Shown here: positions 39,904 to 50,403 of the stretch, in pieces | Layout of the letters: the number at the start of each line of letters is the position of its first letter | How positions within the stretch are numbered: the stretch's first letter is position 1 | Source: a bacterium | Lineage (GTDB): Bacteria; UBP6; UBA1177 | DNA length: 64,000 nucleotides | Assembly: GCA_016290135.1 (NCBI GenBank) | Contig: JAEESW010000004.1 | Location: 40,066-104,065, forward strand | Reading direction: 5' to 3' | The notes under the pieces: generated by a model | The model's database searches: none | Seen by the model: the letters and a program-made list of their open reading frames with translations, nothing else | Told to the model about the DNA's origin: nothing | Made by a program: the position numbers and the translations under genes

Positions 39904-40818
39904 TTATTTGCTCCCCAGTTTTTTATCCATTTCAAAATATCCTTTCCGGTATGCGATTTTTTCTTTCAACAGAACGGATTTTGTTGAGATCTTTTTTGAA
40001 AAAATATTCATAAAAAAATCTGCAAAAATCATTGCAGAATAAGTCAAATATTTGAAATAATGGCTGAAAAATGGCAGCCTTCCTAAAACGAATCTTGCGG
40101 TCATGCCGGTTCTCTTTGCTTTTAGTTTCCGTTTTTCAATATTATAATTGTTTTCATTCATCCGGTGATAGATCTTGATTTCAGGATCGTAAAATAATTT
40201 AAATCCGGCATTTTTTGCCCTATGACAGATATCGGTATCTTCGCCCATCATCAGAAAACCATCTTTTGTGTTGAAATTATTGGAAAATCCATTAAGTTTT
40301 TCCAGTACTTCTTTTTTTAAAGCAATATTTCCGCAACCGAGAAAGCAGTCTTTTCGTTGATTCAAAATACCTTTTTGTCGGTTTTTGTTGGTTCCCCCCA
40401 TTGATTCAATAAACCAACCCGGAGGATCAGCATCGTATTTCAGCATGCATATTCCACCGACGATATCTGGTTTTTCTTCTATTTGAAAAGCCTTTTCAAT
40501 GCTTTCAAGCCAGTCCGGTGCTGCGATCTCATCATCATCAATATATGCGATAATGTCGCCGGAAGCATTTTTCCAACCGCAGTTTCGTGGTGCGGAATAT
40601 CCGATAATTGATTCTTTAAAATATTTGATATTGTTGTGATTTTTTACCAATTCTTTTGCAGTTTCTTCGGTGTTATCAGTCGAATTATTATCTACGATTA
40701 TTATTTCAAAACGGTTTTTATCTACAGTTTGGTTAAGCAGAGAATCAACGCAGTCGGCCAGAAGAGCAGCACGATTGTGGGTGCAGACAACAACTGATAT
40801 TTCAGGTTTTTCTGTCAT
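39904..40818 (-). CDS. Glycosyltransferase family 2
   Basis: ISVVVCTHNR, VDNNSTD, YIDDD, GEDTD. Confidence 0.92.
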   Translation of the reverse strand: MTEKPEISVVVCTHNRAALLADCVDSLLNQTVDKNRFEIIIVDNNSTDNTEETAKELVKNHNNIKYFKESIIGYSAPRNCGWKNASGDIIAYIDDDEIAAPDWLESIEKAFQIEEKPDIVGGICMLKYDADPPGWFIESMGGTNKNRQKGILNQRKDCFLGCGNIALKKEVLEKLNGFSNNFNTKDGFLMMGEDTDICHRAKNAGFKLFYDPEIKIYHRMNENNYNIEKRKLKAKRTGMTARFVLGRLPFFSHYFKYLTYSAMIFADFFMNIFSKKISTKSVLLKEKIAYRKGYFEMDKKLGSK

Positions 40819-40824
40819 TTTTCC

Positions 40825-41838
40825 TCAAAATTTGATCAAAGCACGGACAAAAAGCCTGCAATTATCCCGCAAAGAGAGTTTTTTGCAAAATAGTGCGGAT
40901 CTAAAGAAAATATTTAATATTTTCAATCCGTTATGCGTTGACTTGCGGCATATTTCAAACCAGTATTTTTGGATGACTTCGTTAACTGCCGTTTTTTCAA
41001 AACGATCATTTTTTAATAACATATCTTTCAATAAAATCAGCGAGTTTTCAATTTCTGCAATTTCTTCGAAAGCGATTTTTGATGCGGTTTTAGGTTTTCT
41101 TAAGTGTTTGATCGTGTTTTCTTCGAGTTTTATTCCAAGTCTTTCCGCATGTTCTTTTATGACCTGAACGGAAAGCTGTTCCATTTTTTCGGTGTTGCTT
41201 TTTGAAAGTCCCTTTGAATTTATTCTGTATTTTACCAAAAATTCCGGGATGTTAGCCGCCTCCGAATGTTCTGAAATTTTGGAATAGAGATCAAAATCTT
41301 CTGACACGGGAAATCTGGGATCATAGAAATTCTGCGGCAGACAGCTTTTTCTTATCATAACTGAAGAACTTAAAAACGGAGAATGGAAAAACAGCTCGAT
41401 CTTCAGTTTCTGCGGGTCGGTTTCAAAGAGCCATTTTCCTGTTTCTTTGCCGTTTTCATCAATTATTATTGCATCCGTGCCGACCAATCCGATTTCAGGA
41501 TGGTTTTCCAAAAATCTTATCTGCTCTTCAAATCTGTTTTCAAGTGCAATGTCATCGCTGTCGATCCACGCTATATATCTGCCTTTTGAAAGGTTAATGA
41601 GTTTGTTGCGCGATTCAACGACCCCGAGATTCTTTTCATTTTGGAAAGCTTTTATACGAGGATCTAGTTTCTTAAAATCTTTAATGATTTCAAGGCTTTT
41701 ATCTTTTGAACAATCGTCAAGGATCAGAAATTCAAAATCTTTAAAACTTTGTTTCAGAATGCTCTTTATCGCATCTGACACAAATTGTTCGGAGTTGAAG
41801 ACTGGCATTAAAACTGAGAGAATAGGAGTGTCAGCCAT
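40825..41838 (-). CDS. Glycosyltransferase family 2
   Basis: SVLMPVFN, DDCSKD, IDSDD, SEDFDL. Confidence 0.92.
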   Translation of the reverse strand: MADTPILSVLMPVFNSEQFVSDAIKSILKQSFKDFEFLILDDCSKDKSLEIIKDFKKLDPRIKAFQNEKNLGVVESRNKLINLSKGRYIAWIDSDDIALENRFEEQIRFLENHPEIGLVGTDAIIIDENGKETGKWLFETDPQKLKIELFFHSPFLSSSVMIRKSCLPQNFYDPRFPVSEDFDLYSKISEHSEAANIPEFLVKYRINSKGLSKSNTEKMEQLSVQVIKEHAERLGIKLEENTIKHLRKPKTASKIAFEEIAEIENSLILLKDMLLKNDRFEKTAVNEVIQKYWFEICRKSTHNGLKILNIFFRSALFCKKLSLRDNCRLFVRALIKF

Positions 41839-42760
41839 GCAACAATTTCTTTAAAGTTTTTCTTATTGAACGCCATATTGAAAAATATTTCTTTTGTAAC
41901 AAAAGCAACGGGTCAAGATTTTTTATGTCAATATCGGGGTTCGCACCGTAAAGTGATATGTTGAAATCTATTTGGTCTGCCAAAAATTTATAAAGGAAAT
42001 GTTTTTTGTTGATTTTGTTTTCTGTAACGAATTTATCCAATGATTCCATACACTCGATAACGCAATCCAATTTTTTCTGTGTGATCGGAGTTTGCATTGT
42101 TGAGGTCGGATTCGTTCTGTAAAAATAAGCAGTATGGGGGATGTAACAGAATGAATTTACGGATGCTAATAAAATCGTAGTGAAATCAGTGTCTTCAAAA
42201 AACACCCCTTCCCTAAATCTGAAATTTTGGAGAACGCTTGTCTTTGCTAAATACATACATGCAGAAACATTCAAATTGGAAAACTTGAGCTCTTTCCAAT
42301 TGGTTTTTGGATGATAAATTTTGTTTATCTGAACTCCTTGATGGTAATATTTATCATAAATAAATCGGCGCTTTTTATCTTCGTCAACAAATTTAAGTGC
42401 ACTGAAGCAAAGTATATCAACATCAAATTCTTTTATCGCGTCGTATAGTATCTGGCAGGCTTTTGTGTCGATATAGTCATCGCTGTCAACAAACCAGACA
42501 TATTCTCCTGTTGCATTGGTCAAACCGGTGTTACGAGCTGTCCCCAAGTTTTTATTTTCTTCATGACGAAATATCCTGATTCTCGAATCTTTTTGCTGAT
42601 ATTCTTCAAGAATTTTTATCGAATTGTCGGGAGAAGCATCATCAACGCAGATTATTTCAATATCTTCAAGAGTTTGATTCACACAAGAATCAAGACATTC
42701 TCTCAGATATTTTTCAACATTGTAAACAGGGATTATTATTGAAATCTTTGGATGATTCAT
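41831..42760 (-). CDS. Glycosyltransferase family 2
   Basis: ISIIIPVYNVEKYL, ARNTG, FVDSDD, FED. Confidence 0.92.
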   Translation of the reverse strand: MNHPKISIIIPVYNVEKYLRECLDSCVNQTLEDIEIICVDDASPDNSIKILEEYQQKDSRIRIFRHEENKNLGTARNTGLTNATGEYVWFVDSDDYIDTKACQILYDAIKEFDVDILCFSALKFVDEDKKRRFIYDKYYHQGVQINKIYHPKTNWKELKFSNLNVSACMYLAKTSVLQNFRFREGVFFEDTDFTTILLASVNSFCYIPHTAYFYRTNPTSTMQTPITQKKLDCVIECMESLDKFVTENKINKKHFLYKFLADQIDFNISLYGANPDIDIKNLDPLLLLQKKYFSIWRSIRKTLKKLLHG

Positions 42761-43380
42761 CAGTTGATTCCTCTATTAAACCAATTTACATAATCAAAAT
42801 CATCATAATATCTTTTAAGCGAAAAACGCCCCTTGTAATCCATACACATGCCCACTGAATCATTTTGTTCAAAACCTCTGATATAAACAGCAGATTTGAT
42901 ATCAGGGTGAGGTTTGTGTACAAATACAGCCTTGTTGCTATATTTGAGATTGTCAAAATCAATTAGATCCTGTTTCGTACAACCGTCTCTATCAGTAAAA
43001 AGAATGAAAATATTGTCATAATTTATTCTTTGTTTTCTTTCATTCCACTTATATTCAGCTTCTTTATCTGTTTTGTAGTGCTGAAAATAAATCTTGATAT
43101 CTTTAAGAATTCCGACTGGATAATCAATTCCTTTTTCACTAGTGAATTGAAGATCTGAGTTCATGTAATCACTTAAATTTTGGCACATTTTTATAAAATC
43201 TTGCGGTTTTATCCACAAATCAACAAAAGGACTGTTAAATCTCATATTCAAATCATGCAAGATCATTGCGCCATTGCAATTGCTGGCAATCAATGAGAAA
43301 TCTTTGTTTTTTAACTTGAGTTGCTTTAATTTTTTGCAAAATTTTCTCAATTTGTCTATTAATCTATCCATTTTTGACAT
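42760..43380 (-). CDS. DUF1919 polysaccharide biosynthesis protein
   Basis: SLIASNCNG...HDL...FNSPFV.L, YPVG.L.DI.I.F.HY, KW.ERK.RIN. Confidence 0.85.
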   Translation of the reverse strand: MSKMDRLIDKLRKFCKKLKQLKLKNKDFSLIASNCNGAMILHDLNMRFNSPFVDLWIKPQDFIKMCQNLSDYMNSDLQFTSEKGIDYPVGILKDIKIYFQHYKTDKEAEYKWNERKQRINYDNIFILFTDRDGCTKQDLIDFDNLKYSNKAVFVHKPHPDIKSAVYIRGFEQNDSVGMCMDYKGRFSLKRYYDDFDYVNWFNRGIN

Positions 43381-44374
43381 ACAATAAATTCCTCAAACAA
43401 TGATACATATAACGCAAATTGGCTCTCGGAGAGTCAAAGAACCCCATTTTTCTAAAAGTTGTAAAATATAACTTCAAGGATGTAACGCTGTTTTTTATAC
43501 CAAAATCGGTTGCTTTTCTTTGAAATAATTTGATAAGTTCCTGAAATTTTTCACCGTGACCGTATTTTTTCCCGGCAATAGATATTTTTTCGAAGATATT
43601 TACAGCATTCACAACTTCTTCAATGTTTTGTGGAATAAGTTGTTCCGCAAAGAAATCATTATAAATTCGAAGTTCCTCATCACTCAAGTGTAATCCGATG
43701 TTTTCGAGGTTTCTTAAGCGTATAAGATTTGAATCCTGATTTTGTGTTGTTTTTTTTGCCTTTCCGACTTGATTGCTGTGGATCCTATAATGCAGCAAAA
43801 CTTTTGGGATATTGGCAAATTTTAACTCATTTATTTTTCTGCACCATAGATCATAATCCTCTGCTCTTGGAAAATCTGACGAATATTGAAGATTTAAATT
43901 CTTTTTGAATATCAGTGTCGGATGGAGCATGGGACAAGAAAAAAATAATTCGTCTTTAATATCATCATATTTTTCAGGCACTTTTATGATGCGTTGATTG
44001 TCCCCGAATGTTTCTATCCAACTTCCGCAAATATCAATTTCAGGATTTTGTTCCATAAAGTCGAATTGTGTTTGAAGTCTGTGTGGTAAAGAAATATCGT
44101 CGGCATCCATTCGAGCAATGTGTTTGCCTTTAGCTTCTGCAATTCCGATATTCAATGAATTGGCAACACCTTGATTTTGTTCGTTGTTTATCAGTTTGAT
44201 TCGTGGATCTTGGAATGATCCTATGATTTCTTTTGTAGAGTCGGTTGAAGCGTCGTTGATTATTATGAATTCAAAATCGGTAAAAGTCTGAGAAAGAATG
44301 CTGTTTATGGCTTCTGTAATATATTTTTCCGCATTGTATGCCGGCATAACGACTGAAATCTGCGGATTTTTCAT
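43364..44374 (-). CDS. Glycosyltransferase family 2
   Basis: ISVVMPAYN, RMDADD, HPT, AEDYDLW; start ATG overlaps the stop of the upstream GT11. Confidence 0.92.
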   Translation of the reverse strand: MKNPQISVVMPAYNAEKYITEAINSILSQTFTDFEFIIINDASTDSTKEIIGSFQDPRIKLINNEQNQGVANSLNIGIAEAKGKHIARMDADDISLPHRLQTQFDFMEQNPEIDICGSWIETFGDNQRIIKVPEKYDDIKDELFFSCPMLHPTLIFKKNLNLQYSSDFPRAEDYDLWCRKINELKFANIPKVLLHYRIHSNQVGKAKKTTQNQDSNLIRLRNLENIGLHLSDEELRIYNDFFAEQLIPQNIEEVVNAVNIFEKISIAGKKYGHGEKFQELIKLFQRKATDFGIKNSVTSLKLYFTTFRKMGFFDSPRANLRYMYHCLRNLLYVKNG

Positions 44375-45240
44375 ATTCTCACCCAATTTTCGGGAACAAT
44401 CTTGCACTTTTTGTCTGCTTCAACATTATTGAACCATTTTGGCGGAGCAATAACGATTTTTTCTGGATTTTGGCTCAGCCATGCTCCCCACCATGAAAAA
44501 GAGCTGTTTGCAATTATAAAATGTTTGCACAAATGCATAAGATTCAGTTCGTCAATATCTGATCTGGTAGAATTGGAAACAACAGTGGCATTTGATAGAA
44601 ATCCAAAATTGTTTTTTACAAACTCGGGATCATCGGTGAAAAGAAAAAATTTTGCATTGGGAAATTTGGAAACAATGTATTCTGCTGCTTTTTGGTAATA
44701 CTCAAAAGAACAGGTTCCGTGAAATTGGTTGATTGCAGGGTTGTTGATATAGTCTCCGCGGCGAATATGCACGGCAACGCTTTCGCAAGTTGCAATTTGA
44801 TCATGCAAGTCGGCATCTTCCGGATTTTTAAGTTCAGGAAATGAAAAATCCTTTAAAATAGTTTCTCTTATTCCTTCAAAATATTGAGGATTTTGCCAGT
44901 AGCCCTCAAAATAATAGTCGTTTTTATCCTTTATTTGATCCAATACAAAAGTTTCTTCATTAACTTTTATATACTTAGGCTCAAGGCTTATGGCTTGTTT
45001 CAGAAATTTGATCAACCGACCGATTTTGCCTTTAAAAATCGGTTTTTTATATTTGATATATTGAAGAGAAAGTTCAAATTCATTCAATTTAAGTTCTCTT
45101 GGCGTAGTTCCGGCGAAATTCTGATAAAACCAGGATCTGTCATAAAAAACCTTGTAGTTTAAGCATGTTTCCAATGCTTTGCCGAATGCATGCTGAAACA
45201 TTTGATTGCCTAATCCTCCCTTGAGTTTAACGACAATCAT
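44371..45240 (-). CDS. Alpha-1,2-fucosyltransferase (GT11)
   Basis: GGLGNQMFQ, GYWQ, HIRRGDY, FTDD, ANSSFSWWGAWL. Confidence 0.92.
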   Translation of the reverse strand: MIVVKLKGGLGNQMFQHAFGKALETCLNYKVFYDRSWFYQNFAGTTPRELKLNEFELSLQYIKYKKPIFKGKIGRLIKFLKQAISLEPKYIKVNEETFVLDQIKDKNDYYFEGYWQNPQYFEGIRETILKDFSFPELKNPEDADLHDQIATCESVAVHIRRGDYINNPAINQFHGTCSFEYYQKAAEYIVSKFPNAKFFLFTDDPEFVKNNFGFLSNATVVSNSTRSDIDELNLMHLCKHFIIANSSFSWWGAWLSQNPEKIVIAPPKWFNNVEADKKCKIVPENWVRI

Positions 45241-45246
45241 GTTGTT

Positions 45247-46251
45247 TTATCTCCAGATATTCTTCAAACAATGATAAAGATACCGCAAGTTTGCTCTCGG
45301 AGTTTCAAAAATTTTCCATTTTCTGAAGGTGGTAAAATAGAGCTTCAATGATGTGACCTTGTTTTGAATTCCTTTTTCTGCAATATTTTTAATAAAGTTT
45401 TTTATAATTTCTTGAAATTTTTTTCCATAACCAGAATTGTTCCCGGCAATAGATATTTTTTCAAAAATTTTTGTTAAGCAGATTATCTCATTAATGTTTT
45501 GAGGAATAAATTGTTCGGCAAAAAAATCACAGTAAATTCTTGATTCGTAATCTGTTAGAGTGAGTCCAAGGCCTTTAAGATTTTGAAGCCGACTTTTGTT
45601 TGCATCAATAGTCTGTTCTTTTTTCTTTGCGGTGCTGGTTTGATTATTATGAGTTCTACAAAGAAGCAGTATTGCTGGAATGTTTGCAAATTTTAATTTA
45701 TTTATGGTTCTGCACCACAATTCGTAATCTTCAGCATCATTAAAATCAACAGGGTATTCAATGTTTAAATTTGTTCGATATATAGCGGTGCCATTTGTTA
45801 TAGCGCAACCAAAAAATGTTTGATCTCGAATGTCGTCGTGGGTTGTCGGTAATTTTGTGATATTATTGCTTATTCCAAAAATTTTTGACCAACTTCCGCA
45901 AATATCAATTCCAGGATTTTTTTCCATAAAGTCGAATTGAGTTTGAAGTCTTTCCAGTAAAGAAATGTCATCAGAATCCATTACGGCTATATATTTTCCT
46001 TTTGCTAACCTGTTCCCGCAGTTTCTGGCAAAAGGACATCCTTTTTTGCCGGTGTTTTTAACTGCAACAATTCTTGAATCTTTGTTGGCATATTCTTGAA
46101 TTATTGACCATGAAGAATCTGTTGATTGATCATCAACAATAATAAATTCAAAATCAGTGAAAGTCTGATCCAAGATACTTTCTATTGATTCTTTTAAATA
46201 TTGTTCACGGTTATAAACGGGCATTACGACTGAAATTTTTGGTTCAGACAT
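45247..46251 (-). CDS. Glycosyltransferase family 2
   Basis: ISVVMPVYN, VMDSDD, AEDYELW. Confidence 0.92.
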   Translation of the reverse strand: MSEPKISVVMPVYNREQYLKESIESILDQTFTDFEFIIVDDQSTDSSWSIIQEYANKDSRIVAVKNTGKKGCPFARNCGNRLAKGKYIAVMDSDDISLLERLQTQFDFMEKNPGIDICGSWSKIFGISNNITKLPTTHDDIRDQTFFGCAITNGTAIYRTNLNIEYPVDFNDAEDYELWCRTINKLKFANIPAILLLCRTHNNQTSTAKKKEQTIDANKSRLQNLKGLGLTLTDYESRIYCDFFAEQFIPQNINEIICLTKIFEKISIAGNNSGYGKKFQEIIKNFIKNIAEKGIQNKVTSLKLYFTTFRKWKIFETPRANLRYLYHCLKNIWR

Positions 46252-47251
46252 GCAGCAGATTCCTTAAACAATGATAAATATATCTCAAATTGGCTCTTGG
46301 AGTTTCAAATATTTTCCATTTTCTAAAAGCAGTAAAATATAATTTTAGGGATGTCACTTTGTTTTGGATAGCGGATTCAGCAATATTTCTTATAAAATTT
46401 TTAAGTAGATGCTGAAAATGTTGTTTGTAACCAAGTTTTTCTCCAACGACAGATATATTTTCTAACATTTTTATAGAAATGAAGAGTTCAAATTTATTTT
46501 TCGGAGAAAATTTCCAATCGATAATATCTAAATATATTTGTTTTTCTTGTTCTGTTAGGTTTATTCCAATAGTTGATAGGTTATTTATTCTCACAAGGTT
46601 TGCATTGTTATCCTGTTCTGCTTTTTTTGCTGAACCAATTTGTTCATTATGGACTCGATAAAGTAATAACACTTCAGGAATATTGGCGAATTTCAACTTG
46701 TCAATCATTCTTGACCACAAATCATAATCCTGTGCAGAAGAACGATTCTCTGAATAAAGAATTAGATTCTTATTTCTAAAAATAACAGAAGGATGAATCA
46801 TAGAGCAATAGAAAAAATTAAAATCTCTAATTTCTTCATGATTTTGAAGCGTTTGCATGATTTCATCTTTGTCTCCGAACATTTTTGCCCAGCTCCCACA
46901 AATTCCAATTTCTGGATTTTGTTCCATAAAGTCAAACTGTGTTTGAAGTCTGTGTGGCAAGGAGATATCATCAGAATCCATGACGGCAATGTATTTACTT
47001 TTTGCCAGTCTATTTCCGCAATTTCTGGCAGAATAGCAGCCCTTTTTTTCTGTATTTTTAACTGCAATAATTCTTGAATCATTGTTGGCATATTCTTGAA
47101 TTATTGACCATGAAGAATCTGTTGATTGATCATCAACGATGATAAATTCAAAATCAGTGAAAGTCTGATTCAAGATACTTTCTACTGATTCTTTTAAATA
47201 TTGTTCACGGTTGTAAACCGGCATAACAACTGAAATTCGTGGTTCAGTCAT
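46244..47251 (-). CDS. Glycosyltransferase family 2
   Basis: MTEPRISVVMPVYN (start at 47251), VMDSDD, HPS, QDYDLW. Confidence 0.92.
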   Translation of the reverse strand: MTEPRISVVMPVYNREQYLKESVESILNQTFTDFEFIIVDDQSTDSSWSIIQEYANNDSRIIAVKNTEKKGCYSARNCGNRLAKSKYIAVMDSDDISLPHRLQTQFDFMEQNPEIGICGSWAKMFGDKDEIMQTLQNHEEIRDFNFFYCSMIHPSVIFRNKNLILYSENRSSAQDYDLWSRMIDKLKFANIPEVLLLYRVHNEQIGSAKKAEQDNNANLVRINNLSTIGINLTEQEKQIYLDIIDWKFSPKNKFELFISIKMLENISVVGEKLGYKQHFQHLLKNFIRNIAESAIQNKVTSLKLYFTAFRKWKIFETPRANLRYIYHCLRNLLHV

Positions 47252-48123
47252 AATCTCACCCAATTTTCGGGAACAATTCTGCATCTTTCGTTTGCTTCCG
47301 GATTTTTGTACCATTGTTTGGGCGCAATAACGATTTTTTCTGGATTTTGGCTCAGCCATGCTCCCCACCATGAAAAAGAGCTGTTTGCAATTATAAAATG
47401 CTTGCACAAATGCATAAGATTCAGTTCGTCAATATCTGATCTGGTAGAATTGGAAACAACTGTGGCGTTTGAGATAAATCCGAAATTGTTTTTTACAAAC
47501 TCGGGATCATCTGTGAAAAGAAAAAATTTTGCATTGGGAAGTTTGGAGACAATAAGTTCAGCTGCTTTTTTATAATATTCAAAGGAGCAGATTCCGTGAT
47601 GCTGGTTGGTTGTCGGATTATTGATATAATCTCCTCGGCGAATATGCACGGCTACACTTTTTGAAGTGGAAATTTGATCATGCAAGTCGGCATCTTCCGG
47701 ATTTTTAAGTTCAGGAAATGAAAAATCTTTTAGGATGTTTTCTTTTATTCTTTCAAAATATTGAGGATTTTGCCAATATCCTTCAAGGTAAAGATTGCTT
47801 TTTGTTTTTAGCTGTTCAAGGGAAAAAGATTTTTCATATATTTTGTTGCATACGATTTTCCTTTTAAGTCTTTGCTTGAGAATTGTCAGCCAAGAATGTT
47901 GTTTGTTCCTGAAAAATAAGCCGGTTGGGTCAATATAATTCAAAGACAAACTAAAAGTTGCCAATTCAAAATTTCGTGGAGTCATATTAGCCTTGGCAAA
48001 ATCCAGATAAAACCATGATTTGTCATAAAGAACTTTCTGCTTTAAGTTTGTTTCCAAGACTTTACCAAAAGCATATTGGAACATTTGATTGCCTAATCCG
48101 CCCATAAGTTTGACAATGATCAT
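47248..48123 (-). CDS. Alpha-1,2-fucosyltransferase (GT11), paralog
   Basis: GGLGNQMFQY, GYWQ, HIRRGDY, NSSFSWWGAWL. Confidence 0.92.
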   Translation of the reverse strand: MIIVKLMGGLGNQMFQYAFGKVLETNLKQKVLYDKSWFYLDFAKANMTPRNFELATFSLSLNYIDPTGLFFRNKQHSWLTILKQRLKRKIVCNKIYEKSFSLEQLKTKSNLYLEGYWQNPQYFERIKENILKDFSFPELKNPEDADLHDQISTSKSVAVHIRRGDYINNPTTNQHHGICSFEYYKKAAELIVSKLPNAKFFLFTDDPEFVKNNFGFISNATVVSNSTRSDIDELNLMHLCKHFIIANSSFSWWGAWLSQNPEKIVIAPKQWYKNPEANERCRIVPENWVRL

Positions 48124-48129
48124 ACGTTT

Positions 48130-48825
48130 TTACTTCCAGAGCACGTCGCCTTTAAAAAATATTGTTGTCTTATGAAATGAAAAAAATCTGGGAGGAATTC
48201 CTTCTATAGAAAAATGATTGAAACCAGTTTCTTTAAGAAAATCAAAAGCTTCTTTATATCGTTCTCTCCCAGAGTCATCTAAAATAATTATGCCGCCTGT
48301 ATTTAACGAAAAAGCAGATTCTTTTACACAATTTACTCTGTCTCTACCATCGACAAAAATTATATCAAAAGTCTCGTTCAGTTTTTTCAATGTTTTACAA
48401 TAATCTCCGCCATATTCTAATTCTTGGAAAATCATCTCAACATTTTTTGGCATCAAAGATAAAGCTCGATCATACCATTTTTTATCATGTTCAATAGAAA
48501 CAACTCTTTTTACCCGTTCTGCAAAAAACAATGTCGAATTTCCGGAGCCAAATTCAAAAATTGTCATGTTTTTATCTAAATAATGCTCTAAAAAATGAAT
48601 CATGGGATAAGATAACCATGGTAAAGGATTGTCATTTTTGTCAACGGGCATTTTTTTATTAAAAGAATTTGTCCACCCTATTTCATATAAAAAACCATTT
48701 TCTAAAGATTGATTCGCATAGCGTTGAATGTCAGACGACAAAGAATAGTGTATTTCTTTTTCAAGAGAAAATAATTTGATAAATTTTATTAAAAAGTTTT
48801 TTGTCCATCGTCTTATTTTTTTCAT
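48130..48825 (-). CDS. SAM-dependent methyltransferase (FkbM-like) in glycan locus
   Basis: PLPWL.YP, FEFGSGNST, SIEHD..W, FDIIFVDGRDR, IILDDS.R. Confidence 0.82.
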   Translation of the reverse strand: MKKIRRWTKNFLIKFIKLFSLEKEIHYSLSSDIQRYANQSLENGFLYEIGWTNSFNKKMPVDKNDNPLPWLSYPMIHFLEHYLDKNMTIFEFGSGNSTLFFAERVKRVVSIEHDKKWYDRALSLMPKNVEMIFQELEYGGDYCKTLKKLNETFDIIFVDGRDRVNCVKESAFSLNTGGIIILDDSGRERYKEAFDFLKETGFNHFSIEGIPPRFFSFHKTTIFFKGDVLWK

Positions 48826-50108
48826 TTGTTCTCCGTAAACTCATAATTAAGTAACAGATTCCCTTGATTTCTCGGCGGAAGTATATTTGTTTTATAAAAA
48901 TCACCATAAGCTACTTCCAAACAAAATGCTTTAGCAAGCCAATCTGAAACGAGACCATCTGAATAAACACAAAATGTTCCGAAGTATTTGCCTGGATAAA
49001 GAGGGATAGATTTAATTATAAAATCAAAACTTCCGATTTTCTTGGAATTTAAAAGTTTTTTTGAATCAATTCCCAAAGTTTTGGTCGAAAGATGAGCGAT
49101 TCTAATATCAAGTTCATTATCTATCCCAATATCAAAAGTTACAGATTTTAGAGAGTCGGAAAATTGATCATAAGAAATCCTTATTACGACATCATCACCG
49201 GAATGTATTGTTGAATCGCCATTGAGATTAAAAATTTCAATTTTAGAAATTCGAATATTTCCATTTCCTTTGCGGTCTGGTCTTTCGGAAAATTTAAGCG
49301 AGGCTTGTTTTGTTGTCATATAATTCAGATATTCTGCAATTTGAGTCTCTACCGAGCCTTTTTCAGAAGCAAATCCGTTCTGTAAAGTGATACATGAATC
49401 GCATAACTGTCTCACAGCCGCCATATTGTGACTGACGAAAAGCACAGTTCTTCCTTCTTTCTTGCTGACATCGCCCATTTTTCCGAGGCATTTTTTCTGG
49501 AATTCGGCATCTCCGACGGCCAAAACTTCGTCAACAACGAGAATTTCTGGGTCAAGGTGCGCTGCGACTGCGAATGCGAGGCGGACATACATTCCGCTGG
49601 AATAGCGTTTTACTGGCGTATCGATGAATTTTTCAACTCCTGAAAAGTCAATGATTTCATCGAGTTTTCTGTCGATCTCGTGTTTTCTCATGCCGAGGAT
49701 GGCACCGTTGAGATAGATATTCTCTCTGCCGGTGAGTTCGGGATGGAAGCCTGTTCCGACTTCAAGGAGGGATCCGATGCGCCCTTTGATCTTGATGCAG
49801 CCGCTGGTGGGGGAGGTGACACGCGACAAAATTTTGAGCAGTGTCGATTTTCCGGCACCGTTTGCACCGATGATGCCCAAAACTTCGCCCTGCCTGACAT
49901 CGAAAGAGACATCTTTCAGGGCGTAGATAAAATCTGTGTCGGCATTGGCATTTTTGTTTGAAGCCATGGATATGCGAGAGTTGGGATCGTCCTTTCCGCG
50001 GATCTTTGCCCACCACGCTTGCAGATCTTTGGCGAGAGTGCCGTGGTTGATAAGACCCAGCTGATAAAACTTTGAGATGTTTTCAACTTTGATGACTGTT
50101 TCGCTCAT
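48822..50108 (-). CDS. wzt: Polysaccharide ABC transporter ATPase with Wzt C-terminal domain
   Basis: GANGAGKSTL, GFHPELTGRENI, PVKRYSSGM, DEVLAVGD..FQKKC, C-terminal beta domain; start MSETVI at 50108. Confidence 0.92.
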   Translation of the reverse strand: MSETVIKVENISKFYQLGLINHGTLAKDLQAWWAKIRGKDDPNSRISMASNKNANADTDFIYALKDVSFDVRQGEVLGIIGANGAGKSTLLKILSRVTSPTSGCIKIKGRIGSLLEVGTGFHPELTGRENIYLNGAILGMRKHEIDRKLDEIIDFSGVEKFIDTPVKRYSSGMYVRLAFAVAAHLDPEILVVDEVLAVGDAEFQKKCLGKMGDVSKKEGRTVLFVSHNMAAVRQLCDSCITLQNGFASEKGSVETQIAEYLNYMTTKQASLKFSERPDRKGNGNIRISKIEIFNLNGDSTIHSGDDVVIRISYDQFSDSLKSVTFDIGIDNELDIRIAHLSTKTLGIDSKKLLNSKKIGSFDFIIKSIPLYPGKYFGTFCVYSDGLVSDWLAKAFCLEVAYGDFYKTNILPPRNQGNLLLNYEFTENK

Positions 50109-50201
50109 GAGCCTCAACACACAAAACAAAAACAGTGTAAAATCCCACAAAGTGCGGTAAATGTCAATAGAAAAGGGGAAAGAGGTGGTTTTTGTGCCGC
50201 C

Positions 50202-50403
50202 AACCCCTCAGCCGCTGCTTCGACGAGCTCAGCAACCGGCAGCTCCCCTAATTTAGGGGCGCCTTTCTAACATTAGCAAGCCTCCACTGAGTCAGGGGAG
50301 GTGTCACGCAGTGACGGTGGGGTCTGTAAAGCCGCCAACCCCTCAGCCGCTTTGCGGCAGCTCCCCTGATTTCAGGGGCGCCTTGACGGGGCGCCTATCT
50401 AAC
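50202..50403. repeat. REP-like cluster (A, inverted B, A) downstream of DUF559 gene
   Basis: A = ACCCCTCAGYC..GGCAGCTCCCCT..AGGGGCGCCT at 50202 and 50337; inverted copy AAGCCTCCACTGAGTCAGGGGAGGTGTCACGCAGTGACGGTGGGGT at 50278. Confidence 0.9.

Noticed and set aside
46244-47407. Extended N-termini in the ORF track for the GT2s, wzt, pilin 1, ttcA and the acyltransferase
   Set aside because: They overlap upstream genes or promoters; downstream ATGs with RBS or translational coupling fit the family N-termini better.
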